From: a virus
DNA: 64,000 nt
Strand: one strand, 5' to 3'
IMG/VR virus record: IMGVR_UViG_3300032313_000518
Span: 46,969 to 110,968 of that record
Shown: in pieces, positions 29,849 to 38,971 of the stretch
How the letters are laid out: each line of letters opens with the position of its first letter
Numbering within the stretch: the first letter of the stretch is position 1
Translations under genes and position numbers: made by a program
The notes under the pieces: generated by a model
Seen by the model: only the letters and a program-made list of their open reading frames with translations
What the model was told of the DNA's origin: nothing
The model's database searches: none

Positions 29849-30005
29849 CAGATGGTAATATATTTTTTGGTTGGGGTTTTGATGATACTTTTTCTTTTAT
29901 CAAAGCTTCAACTAACCCATTTATTTTATAACCCCTTTCTTTACAAAATTCTTTTAGTGATTGATGTATCTCTACATCAATTTGTATCATTGCATACTTT
30001 TTCAT
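29838..30005 (-). CDS. 55-aa ribbon-helix-helix (CopG/Arc-like) DNA-binding protein (not in ORF track)
   Basis: MKKYAMIQIDVEIHQSLKEFCKERGYKINGLVEALIKEKVSSKPQPKNILPSVKS: strand-helix-G-helix pattern. Confidence 0.75.
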   Translation of the reverse strand: MKKYAMIQIDVEIHQSLKEFCKERGYKINGLVEALIKEKVSSKPQPKNILPSVKS

Positions 30006-30024
30006 TCTTTAGATTTCTTTAGAT
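30005..30024. repeat. Tandem TTCTTTAGAT x2, putative operator
   Basis: 10-bp direct repeat abutting the RHH start codon. Confidence 0.6.
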
Positions 30025-30036
30025 ATAATTATATGA

Positions 30037-30044
30037 TATTTATA
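30037..30044 (+). promoter_or_regulatory. Putative late promoter TATTTATA
   Basis: Octamer only 4 nt before ATG 30049; palindrome ATATAATTATAT at 30023-30034. Confidence 0.45.
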
Positions 30045-30048
30045 AAAT

Positions 30049-31119
30049 ATGGAAGAAAAATATTTATCTTTTGATTCTTGGTTGGGTGGTGTTTCTAATG
30101 TTAAAATGTCTTATGAACTAATAGCAGCTATTAGTATTATTACAAATAGAACAATTATATTACCACCAAAAGTATATTGTTGCTTTTTTTCAAATGTGAA
30201 TGAAAAATCTACATTTTTTGATATATGGAATATTTTAGATAAAGAAGCATTTATTACCCAATTTAAATGTGTGGAATACGAAGATGTTCCAGAATATAAA
30301 ATGCTTGAAAATGATTGTCAGTATTTTGAAAATGTAAATAATATTGCATTAACTATAATGTTTGGTGATGAATTTAAACAAACAGGTGTACAAGAGGCAA
30401 TTGGAAATAGAGTTATTGTAAATACTATAAATGATACTGATGATTTTAACCAATTTAGTGTTAATAGAGAAGAGGTTAGTGTAAATTACAATCATAAATT
30501 TATACATTTTCCAAGAAATTTATTTGGTCATTTTTACTATAACATTTACGGAAATGGGGCTGTAGAACGGAATTTAATAAAACAAAAAATAAAAAAAGGA
30601 ATAGTTTATAAAAACCAATATTTTGATTTAGCAAAAAAAGTAAAATTAAAAATAGGAGAATATAATTCAATTCATATAAGAAGAAATGATTTTATTCATG
30701 TTAATGCTAATCATGCAATACCACAATTGGATAATTTAATGAATGATATAAAGGATAGAATACCAAACAATATTCCACTATACATAGCCACAGATGAAAA
30801 AAACAAAATTTTATTTGATTTTTTAAAAGAAAGATACACTATATATTTTTTAGAAGATTTTTTTAAAGATTTAAATCAATATGAATCATTGGTAATTGAC
30901 CAAATAATATGTAGTGAATCTGATATATTTTTGGGAAGTAAATTATCAACATTTAGTGATTATATAAACATAATAAGAGGATATTTTGGAAAAAAAGATT
31001 TTCACAGAGAAGGAACTAATTTTAAAATGAAAACTTTGGTTTATAATAAATTTCCTTGGGAAGTTGAAGAGCATTGCTGGGACAAGATACATTCCTATCG
31101 TTGGAATGATGAAATTTAA
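30049..31119 (+). CDS. O-fucosyltransferase-like glycosyltransferase (POFUT/GT68-like, GT-B)
   Basis: GG.SN, SIHIRRNDF, LYIATDE, IDQIIC...FLGSKLSTFS motifs. Confidence 0.8.
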   Translation: MEEKYLSFDSWLGGVSNVKMSYELIAAISIITNRTIILPPKVYCCFFSNVNEKSTFFDIWNILDKEAFITQFKCVEYEDVPEYKMLENDCQYFENVNNIALTIMFGDEFKQTGVQEAIGNRVIVNTINDTDDFNQFSVNREEVSVNYNHKFIHFPRNLFGHFYYNIYGNGAVERNLIKQKIKKGIVYKNQYFDLAKKVKLKIGEYNSIHIRRNDFIHVNANHAIPQLDNLMNDIKDRIPNNIPLYIATDEKNKILFDFLKERYTIYFLEDFFKDLNQYESLVIDQIICSESDIFLGSKLSTFSDYINIIRGYFGKKDFHREGTNFKMKTLVYNKFPWEVEEHCWDKIHSYRWNDEI

Positions 31120-31120
31120 T

Positions 31121-31137
31121 TCTAAAGTTTTCTAAAG
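31121..31137. repeat. TCTAAAG-N3-TCTAAAG, inverted copy of the 30007-30023 repeat
   Basis: Reverse complement of CTTTAGA-N3-CTTTAGA. Confidence 0.55.
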
Positions 31138-31176
31138 AAAAATTTATAAAATAATTTTAATAATAAATTATCTAAA

Positions 31177-31184
31177 TATTTATG
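31177..31184 (+). promoter_or_regulatory. Putative late promoter TATTTATG
   Basis: Octamer variant 20 nt before ATG 31205. Confidence 0.55.
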
Positions 31185-31204
31185 ATTAACAATACTAGAA
31201 TCTT

Positions 31205-34200
31205 ATGGCAAGAATTAAAAAATATGCACCAACGTTAAATGAAAAATTAACAACTTTTCAAACATTTATTGTTGATACAAACCCCAATTCCGACTATTTT
31301 AGAATTAGTGAATTTAAAGAAACATTAACTGGTGGTAAGAACGGATTTCAAATTGAAGGTTCTGAACATTTATTAGAAAGTACCGAAATTAAAATAGAAG
31401 TATTAGATGTTGAGGGAAATACAGTTTACTATGAACCTGGCGATGGTATACCTGAATACTATGAAGGTATATCAAAAATTGTATCAGTTCACATCTATGA
31501 AGATACTCCTATTGGTGAAGCAATAATTACCGTATTAGGTGAATTAAAAACATATGTAGATGAAGATGGTGTTGTTAGAGATGTTCCAACTGAATGGAAA
31601 GGAATTTATAATTGTAAGTGGGAACGAAGAGTAAAAATAAATAAATTTCTTTCAAATGAAGATAAGGTTAGATTTTATAGAAGACCTAAAGTAACAATAG
31701 CAGAAATTGTAAAACCATTATTTTCAAATGTAGTAACTCCAAAAACAAATACTGGAAATGTAAGTGGAATACCATTATTTCCAATTGCTGGAACTAATTT
31801 AAGTCAATACACATTACCAACATCTTATTTATTAAAAATCACCGATACCGGTAACTTTAGTGCATGGACTGGGTCTGTTGTTGAAAATACAATAAGCATA
31901 CCATCATTAGATTATACAACAACTGCTCAAGAAGTAATAAACAAAACGGAGTTAGTCGTAACAACTCCATACACCCAAAATGGATTAGTAAGTTCTTTTA
32001 CAAATACACCATATACAACTACATTCAATTACACAGAAGGTCTTGATAATTTAGCAACCGCATTAACTGGTTCATTTGCAAAAATAACACTTACCGATTT
32101 AACATCTTTTGTTGGGGATGTTGCTAGAGTTAAAGTATTTAGAAAATCACAAACTGATTTATCCGATTATCAATTTGTACAAGAAATAGCATTAGAAGCA
32201 AATGAATTGTTGGTAGATTTAGCTACAACAACCAAAAACCAAGAAAATTACGGATTATTTACAACCAATATTATCAATAATTATTGGATTGAATCTTCAG
32301 CAAATATAACAGCTACTTACAATCAAACATATTTGTACGATTCTGCTAAATTAGATAGTGTATCCGGTGTTAATAAATTTTACACATCCGAATATATTCC
32401 TATAACAAAAGATGTAGAATATACTTTAGATTTTAATATTAGATTGGGTGCTAACGTATCGGCTAATAATTATATAAGAGTATTTTTAAGTGGTTCTTTG
32501 AATGGAGGAGCTGTTCAAATTGAACAAAATATAACTACAATAACATCAAGCGATTCTTTATTACAAAAAACAATATCCACCAATAATATAAAAGCTGAAG
32601 AAATTCAAAATGCTAGATTATATTTTGAGGTAGTTGGTAGTAATTGGTATATTGCAAATGTTAGTTTACGAGCATCCAAAGAAACAGCATTTTCACCCGA
32701 TGAAATAACATTTATACAACCAGTACCAAGAAGTTTACCGGTACAAACATTTATATATAAATTTGAGTTTTATGATATAAATAACAATTATATACCTGTA
32801 TTAGTTGAAAAACAAAAAACATTCAATGGTGGTAATTTACAAACAATACAAAAAAGTTTACAATTACTACCATCATCTTTGTATTTTCAATTTGATTCCG
32901 GTTCAAATCCAGTTCCACCAACTTCTATAAACATTAAAGTTGTAAAAACATTATTAACTGGTTCTGTTCGATATACATCTCAATCATTTGATTATGATGG
33001 TAGTACCCACACTGCTTTACAATATGCAGGTGGGCAATATCCTGGTGTATTAAATCAAGCAAATCCTGATAATGTAATATTAACTGTTGCAAACTTTACT
33101 GGTAGTAGAAGTGATAAAAATGTACAATATTTAGAAATAACTGGTGAAGTGGAAGGATTTACTGATACTATTGTTATAACAAAAGTATTGGATGGATTTG
33201 GTGGTGTAAACTATATTATTAGACCGTATAGAGGAACTCAAATCAGAAATAGTAGTACTGCTTCATTAGAAATTCAAGCGGTAAGAATTGATGGTGTTAA
33301 TGAGATTATTTTAAATGATACAATTGGAAGACCAAAAGGGTGGCATACTTATCAACTTCACGTATTATCAGCATCATTAGACCCATTGAACGAACCCGAA
33401 AAGTTTATCAATTTACAAAAAGCAGTCAATCAAAATTATATTAAAGGATTATCTGTTGGACAATTGGGTAGTAAACAACTAAACTACAATGCAATATTTA
33501 ATAGAGATTCTATAAATAAAGTAAGAGTAGTTTATATATTATCTTCTGGTTCAATAACACAACAACCTGCGTTTATAGCATCTGCATCTGTATTATCATC
33601 TATAAATTTGGAGGATTTGCAAGATGGTTTAGATGCTGGGTTTATGGCATATAATACGGATACGTTTACTATCAATCCAAGAACACAAACTATATTCACA
33701 CCGGTATCGGCAAGTGTTACTGGTTCATTTTATAAAAGAGGAACTAACGCAGAACCATTTACCGCATCATTTGAGGTATTCCCATCAATGTCTTTAAATT
33801 TAGATTATGAGCCTGAATATTGGATGTATTATGTAACTGGTAAATTTCATCCAAATATTTCGGTAGTAGCAATTGATGAAAAGAAAAGAACAATTCCATC
33901 AAGAGCAGTTAGTTCATATACAGGATTACCAATATCTCAAAGTAAAACATTAACTGTAACTTTAACTTATACTGAAGATTATACATCATCATCTATAAGT
34001 TTAGATAAGACATTTACAATAGTACCTGAAGGAAAGCCTGGTGATGAGAGTATTGTGTTTGAAGTAGTACCTGCTAATGTAACTTTAAATTCAAATTCGG
34101 AAGGAATTGTTTTGGATTACAAACCATCCATAACTGATATTAAATTAAAGCAAGGTAGTAGATATTTGGTATTTACTGGTAGTAGAGATGCTGGTACGTT

Positions 34201-37200
34201 TCATATTGCATCATCTTCAATTAGTTCACAAAATATAACTCCGGGTAATGTACACTTTACATCATCATTTGGAGTACCATATACGGCATCTTTAATAGTA
34301 TCCGCATCTTCAAATCTTACGGATTTAAGTGGTAGTATAACATATCCATTGATTATACATCCATATTATACATCATCGATATATACACAAAGTATAGTAC
34401 AAAATTATACAAAAGCAGTTGATGGGCCTCCGCAAATTGATGTAATAATAACACCCGCCAATATTACATTAAATGCCGATGAGGTTGGATATGTATCAAC
34501 ATACGCATCTGCACAAACTACAATTCAATTAAAAGAAGCTGGTAAGTTTTTGGTATTTAATACAGCATCAACTTCACCTGGTACATTTAGATTATTAACA
34601 TCAGCTAGTAAAAATATAACCGCAAGTTTAAGTGGTGTTGGAACTACTACTGTTACTGCATCATTTAGTAGATTTGATTATCCATATGTATCAGCTAGTA
34701 TTGTTTATAATATTTTAGCACATCCATATTCATTAGGACCCGGTCATAGATTTACATCATCAGTATTTGAAAGAACTCAAAATATTACAAAAAATGTTGC
34801 ATCATCTGCCGCAAGAAGTGTTAAATTAGCAGCATCATCGTATAGTGTAACATATGATAGTGATGGACAAGTTGTTAATCCAACGGATGGTATTACTTTA
34901 GTAGCAACCGCATTTAATACATCGGGTTCAAAATATTATCAATTTTTCAAAGATGATGTTTCACAAGGACCTATAACGGCAGTTGCAACTAGAACAATTG
35001 GACCTGAAGATGCGGTTGCTGCTGGTGAAATTGCAACTTGGAAAGTAACATTGAGAGATGGTAGTAGTTCAACCGCTGCACCAATTAAAGCACAGGATTC
35101 TATTACAATTACTGGAATACGGGAAGGTATAAAATCATATAATGGGTATCTAACAAATGAAAGTTCTACGATTGTATATACGGTACAAGGTACAATATCA
35201 TTTACAAATACAGGTACAACAATAGTAGCATCAAAAGGTAATACAACATTAACTGCGGTAACTTCATTTAGTGCACAATCTCAAGACCCATTTGGAAATA
35301 ACATTGGTTCATTGGGTGAGTACAAAGTAACAATACATTCTAAATCAGCTAATATAACATTGGCTGGCTCTTTAGTATCTGGAAGTACAGTGCCTGTTGT
35401 TAGTGGACAAGCTACTATTGGAAACGTAATTGGATGGACCTCACCAACAACAATTTTAACTGGGGCTGTTGTTTATAGAATTGATTTTGAAAATGGAAAA
35501 CAAGTTCTTTTCAAAACACAATCTATGGCAATTCAATTGGAGGGTAAAGTTGGACCTGGTATTGTATTCAGAGGTCCTTGGAGTTCAACTGTTGACCAGT
35601 ATTATTATGACCCATCTATTGGAAGAAGAGATGCGGTTTTATATGGAGGAACGGGTGGAACATACTATGCAGCTAAATCCGGTAGTGGGGATACTACTTA
35701 TTTAAATCCAAGTGCAAATACATACTTCTCTGGTTCTGTTGGTGATGCTACAGCTGGTGGTTATGTAACTTATTTAAATTACAAAACGCCGGGAATTGAT
35801 ACTGATTATTGGGAAGCATTAGGAACACAAGAATTATTTGTGGCAGCTAAGATTGCAATTTTTGAAGAATCATATGTTCAAAATACAATCAACGTTGGTA
35901 CAAACGCATTGGGTTCTGCCGCAAATATTATCCTTTATGGAAACGTTGATAGACCTTATATTTCAATAGGTCAAACTGGTACAATTGGATATGGAAATAG
36001 TGGTATATGGTTAGGTACATTTGGTTCTCCTGGTTTCACAAGTCGTTTATCTTTAGTTGGTAGTGGTGGTTCATTAACATGGGATGGTAATAATTTATCA
36101 GTTAGTGGGGCTGTAAACGCAACCACTGGTACTTTTAGTGGATATGTTACGGCGGGTGGAGTACAATTGGGAGCTGCTCTTCCAACTAATCCAATTGGGT
36201 CTGGTACTGCTAATGGTTTATATATAAATACACACAATTATTTTGTAGATAATGGAACAACTACCGTATTTAAAGCAGGTAATGCTTCAAATTATGTAAG
36301 TTGGGATGGGAGTAATCTTAATATAAGTGGTGGTGGTACATTTACAGGTGAACTTAGTGGTGGTACTATTAATATTGGTGGAAATGATGCAACTAGTTTC
36401 CACGTAGATTCTGCAGGACAAATGTGGCTAGGTGCAGGAAATAGTGGATTTGCTACGGCACCATTTAAGGTTACTGCTGCAGGTGCTTTAAGTGCAGCAA
36501 GTGCAAATATAACTGGTTCTATATCGGTAAGTAGTGGTACATTTACTGGATTTATTGATGTTGATGGATTTTATATTGGTAAAAATGTATATTCAACTTA
36601 CTCTGGAATTTTTAATGGCACCAGTCGTTGGACTACCGATGGTTCGATTACTCTTAACGCAGGTAACATTGGTGGTGATACAACACAAGGATTGAGTATA
36701 TTAAATAACTCATTTTGTTCATATAGAGGAAATCTTTTAGTTGCTACACCTGCTAATTATGATTCAAACCATTGGTTAAGTTATGTAACAATTGGAGTTT
36801 CACCATCTACATTTGGTGTTTTGGATAATAATACAATGTATTTGGGTAGAAGTGTGAATGGTTCAAATAATGGTATTTATATGAACTCTACAAACTATTG
36901 GTACGCTGGTAGTAATTCAACAAACCCATCTATGAAAGCTGATATAGTTGGTGGTTCTATAAGTGGTATATCATCATTAGGTGTTAGTGGGGCAATTACT
37001 GGAACCAGTTTAGCTATATCTAATGCAACTGCTGCAAATGGTACTATAACCGCAACTGGAAATATTACGGCATTTTTTTCCGATGAAAGATTAAAAACAA
37101 AATTGGGTAATATTGATAATGCAATAAATAAAATATCTAAACTAAACGGATTTTACTATACAACCAATGAGTTAGCAAATTCATTTGGATATACTGATAC

Positions 37201-37414
37201 CAAAACACAATTAGGTTTATCCGCACAAGAAGTACAAAGTGTATTTCCTAATATTGTATCATTGGCACCATTTGATATGAAAGAAAATACTATGGATGAA
37301 TCTAAATCTGGAGAAAATTACTTAACAATTGATTACTCCAAATTAGTACCTGTATTAGTTGAGGCAATAAAAGAATTGAAAGCAGAAATTGAAGAATTAA
37401 AAAGAAATAAATAA
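31205..37414 (+). CDS. Long tail fibre/spike with C-terminal intramolecular chaperone (peptidase S74)
   Basis: 2069 aa; Ig-like repeats and Gly-rich beta repeats; FFSDERLK...GLSAQEV...DYSKLVPVLVEAIKEL. Confidence 0.88.
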   Translation: MARIKKYAPTLNEKLTTFQTFIVDTNPNSDYFRISEFKETLTGGKNGFQIEGSEHLLESTEIKIEVLDVEGNTVYYEPGDGIPEYYEGISKIVSVHIYEDTPIGEAIITVLGELKTYVDEDGVVRDVPTEWKGIYNCKWERRVKINKFLSNEDKVRFYRRPKVTIAEIVKPLFSNVVTPKTNTGNVSGIPLFPIAGTNLSQYTLPTSYLLKITDTGNFSAWTGSVVENTISIPSLDYTTTAQEVINKTELVVTTPYTQNGLVSSFTNTPYTTTFNYTEGLDNLATALTGSFAKITLTDLTSFVGDVARVKVFRKSQTDLSDYQFVQEIALEANELLVDLATTTKNQENYGLFTTNIINNYWIESSANITATYNQTYLYDSAKLDSVSGVNKFYTSEYIPITKDVEYTLDFNIRLGANVSANNYIRVFLSGSLNGGAVQIEQNITTITSSDSLLQKTISTNNIKAEEIQNARLYFEVVGSNWYIANVSLRASKETAFSPDEITFIQPVPRSLPVQTFIYKFEFYDINNNYIPVLVEKQKTFNGGNLQTIQKSLQLLPSSLYFQFDSGSNPVPPTSINIKVVKTLLTGSVRYTSQSFDYDGSTHTALQYAGGQYPGVLNQANPDNVILTVANFTGSRSDKNVQYLEITGEVEGFTDTIVITKVLDGFGGVNYIIRPYRGTQIRNSSTASLEIQAVRIDGVNEIILNDTIGRPKGWHTYQLHVLSASLDPLNEPEKFINLQKAVNQNYIKGLSVGQLGSKQLNYNAIFNRDSINKVRVVYILSSGSITQQPAFIASASVLSSINLEDLQDGLDAGFMAYNTDTFTINPRTQTIFTPVSASVTGSFYKRGTNAEPFTASFEVFPSMSLNLDYEPEYWMYYVTGKFHPNISVVAIDEKKRTIPSRAVSSYTGLPISQSKTLTVTLTYTEDYTSSSISLDKTFTIVPEGKPGDESIVFEVVPANVTLNSNSEGIVLDYKPSITDIKLKQGSRYLVFTGSRDAGTFHIASSSISSQNITPGNVHFTSSFGVPYTASLIVSASSNLTDLSGSITYPLIIHPYYTSSIYTQSIVQNYTKAVDGPPQIDVIITPANITLNADEVGYVSTYASAQTTIQLKEAGKFLVFNTASTSPGTFRLLTSASKNITASLSGVGTTTVTASFSRFDYPYVSASIVYNILAHPYSLGPGHRFTSSVFERTQNITKNVASSAARSVKLAASSYSVTYDSDGQVVNPTDGITLVATAFNTSGSKYYQFFKDDVSQGPITAVATRTIGPEDAVAAGEIATWKVTLRDGSSSTAAPIKAQDSITITGIREGIKSYNGYLTNESSTIVYTVQGTISFTNTGTTIVASKGNTTLTAVTSFSAQSQDPFGNNIGSLGEYKVTIHSKSANITLAGSLVSGSTVPVVSGQATIGNVIGWTSPTTILTGAVVYRIDFENGKQVLFKTQSMAIQLEGKVGPGIVFRGPWSSTVDQYYYDPSIGRRDAVLYGGTGGTYYAAKSGSGDTTYLNPSANTYFSGSVGDATAGGYVTYLNYKTPGIDTDYWEALGTQELFVAAKIAIFEESYVQNTINVGTNALGSAANIILYGNVDRPYISIGQTGTIGYGNSGIWLGTFGSPGFTSRLSLVGSGGSLTWDGNNLSVSGAVNATTGTFSGYVTAGGVQLGAALPTNPIGSGTANGLYINTHNYFVDNGTTTVFKAGNASNYVSWDGSNLNISGGGTFTGELSGGTINIGGNDATSFHVDSAGQMWLGAGNSGFATAPFKVTAAGALSAASANITGSISVSSGTFTGFIDVDGFYIGKNVYSTYSGIFNGTSRWTTDGSITLNAGNIGGDTTQGLSILNNSFCSYRGNLLVATPANYDSNHWLSYVTIGVSPSTFGVLDNNTMYLGRSVNGSNNGIYMNSTNYWYAGSNSTNPSMKADIVGGSISGISSLGVSGAITGTSLAISNATAANGTITATGNITAFFSDERLKTKLGNIDNAINKISKLNGFYYTTNELANSFGYTDTKTQLGLSAQEVQSVFPNIVSLAPFDMKENTMDESKSGENYLTIDYSKLVPVLVEAIKELKAEIEELKRNK

Positions 37415-38577
37415 TGGCATTACAATCATCAGGACCAATTTCAATGAATGATATGAATACCGATAGAAGTATTGCGTCTGGTACTCAAATAGATTTAGCA
37501 ACGGCCGGTACTGCGTATGGTGTTTCTTATAATACAATTGGAACTGATGATTTAAAATTTTCTGAGTTTTATGGATTAAGTGTACCATCACCAACACCAC
37601 CAACACCACCATCTTATAGAACTATTCAATTGGGTAATCCACCGGGTGATAATACCACCGCAGCAGCTTGTGCTATAACAAGTGGATTGACTAAATATAT
37701 ATCTTATAGTTTTGCAATTACAAATGGTTTGGTAATATATGATAATTCTGCATTATCAACACAAACATATAATAGTGACCCTTATAGTGGTAATTATGCT
37801 ATGTTATATGATACAAATGCTGGATTTAGATATGCGGTTACATTTGATTCGGCTGGTGTTGTAGCTACTGTTTATGATTGTTTAGGTGGTACACCTGTAC
37901 CTCCATCACCACCAACCCCACCAACGCCTACGCCTACGCCAACGCCAACGCCAACACCAACGCCAACACCAACGCCAACGCCAACACCTACGCCACCACC
38001 ACCAACACCACCACCAACACCACCATATTCATATTTATTGAATAATGGAGGAGAAGCTACTGGAGTTGATGCATGTAATGAATACAATTCATTTGTAAGA
38101 GCAACTTATTATTCCAATCAATCAAGCATTACAACTGGAACGACTTTGTATTTGTCGGATTATGTAACGGTTGTATCTGATGGATATTATTCAAATGGTA
38201 CTAATTATTGGTATTTTGGTGGGGGTGTTACTTCCGATTTGGGTACATCTTGTGGAGGTTCGCCAACACCTACACCAACACCAACACCTACACCAACACC
38301 TACACCAACGCCAACGCCAACACCAACACCAAGTTATAATACTTTCTTCTTAGGAATTGGAAAAGATAACTTTGGTGATGCTTGTCTTGAAAGTAGTTAT
38401 CCAATTACTGTATATGCTCCCAATACACCTATTGATTACAATACTACATTGTATGATGATATTACTTTTACTACTCCGTTTAGTGCATTGCAAGATTATT
38501 GGTATAAAGACCAAGATTCTGGTAAAGTTGTAGAACTTAGTAGTGGTGCAGTTATACAACAATATATTCAATGTTAG
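37414..38577 (+). CDS. Tail-fibre-associated protein with Pro-Thr linkers separating three related small domains
   Basis: MALQSSGPISM N-terminus, coupled to the fibre gene; (PT)n tracts; repeated AC...Y...G..LY.D units. Confidence 0.7.
   Translation: MALQSSGPISMNDMNTDRSIASGTQIDLATAGTAYGVSYNTIGTDDLKFSEFYGLSVPSPTPPTPPSYRTIQLGNPPGDNTTAAACAITSGLTKYISYSFAITNGLVIYDNSALSTQTYNSDPYSGNYAMLYDTNAGFRYAVTFDSAGVVATVYDCLGGTPVPPSPPTPPTPTPTPTPTPTPTPTPTPTPTPTPPPPTPPPTPPYSYLLNNGGEATGVDACNEYNSFVRATYYSNQSSITTGTTLYLSDYVTVVSDGYYSNGTNYWYFGGGVTSDLGTSCGGSPTPTPTPTPTPTPTPTPTPTPTPSYNTFFLGIGKDNFGDACLESSYPITVYAPNTPIDYNTTLYDDITFTTPFSALQDYWYKDQDSGKVVELSSGAVIQQYIQC
37901..38024 (+). repeat. Coding (Pro-Thr)n hexamer repeat
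   Basis: ccaacg/ccaaca/cctacg tandem array. Confidence 0.9.
38263..38331 (+). repeat. Coding (Pro-Thr)n hexamer repeat
   Basis: ccaaca/cctaca tandem array. Confidence 0.9.
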
Positions 38578-38626
38578 TATTATAACTCCTTTTTGGGGTG
38601 TAGTTATTAAAAACTAAAAAAACATA

Positions 38627-38634
38627 TATTTATA
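38627..38634 (+). promoter_or_regulatory. Putative late promoter TATTTATA
   Basis: Octamer 22 nt before ATG 38657. Confidence 0.65.
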
Positions 38635-38656
38635 TATAAACATATAGAATAAAATT

Positions 38657-38938
38657 ATGGCACAAAAAACTGAAAAATTAGCAGAAGAAACCTATAAAAA
38701 ATTGGTTGATTTGCAAACTGAAATAAATGGTTTAGTAAATACAATTGGAACTGCACATTTACAAATTAGAGCATTGAATGGGGAATTAAAAAATCTAAAT
38801 CTTTCATTGATGGGTGTTGAAAAAACATTTGATGAAAAAAACGAAGAGTTAAATGATGTTTTAAGGGTATTGGAAAAAACATATCCATCAGCAGAAATAG
38901 ATTTAGCAGATGGTACAATTACTTATCAAGAAAATTAG
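38657..38938 (+). CDS. Small coiled-coil protein (possible assembly chaperone)
   Basis: Heptads plus YPSAEIDLADGTITYQ; paralog of 42347..42709. Confidence 0.65.
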   Translation: MAQKTEKLAEETYKKLVDLQTEINGLVNTIGTAHLQIRALNGELKNLNLSLMGVEKTFDEKNEELNDVLRVLEKTYPSAEIDLADGTITYQEN

Positions 38939-38966
38939 GAAATATAAAAAAAGTTTCGTATATTTG
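38935..38966 (+). promoter_or_regulatory. Bacteroidota-type promoter (TTAG-N20-TATATTTG)
   Basis: TTCGTATATTTGT is identical to the primase promoter; ATG follows 5 nt after the -7 box. Confidence 0.7.
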
Positions 38967-38971
38967 TTACA

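Noticed and set aside
37901-38331. Tandem hexamer arrays as non-coding repeats
   Set aside because: They are in-frame Pro-Thr linkers.
38581-38608. Possible terminator after 37414..38577
   Set aside because: The stem is weak and interrupted, with no clear U tract.
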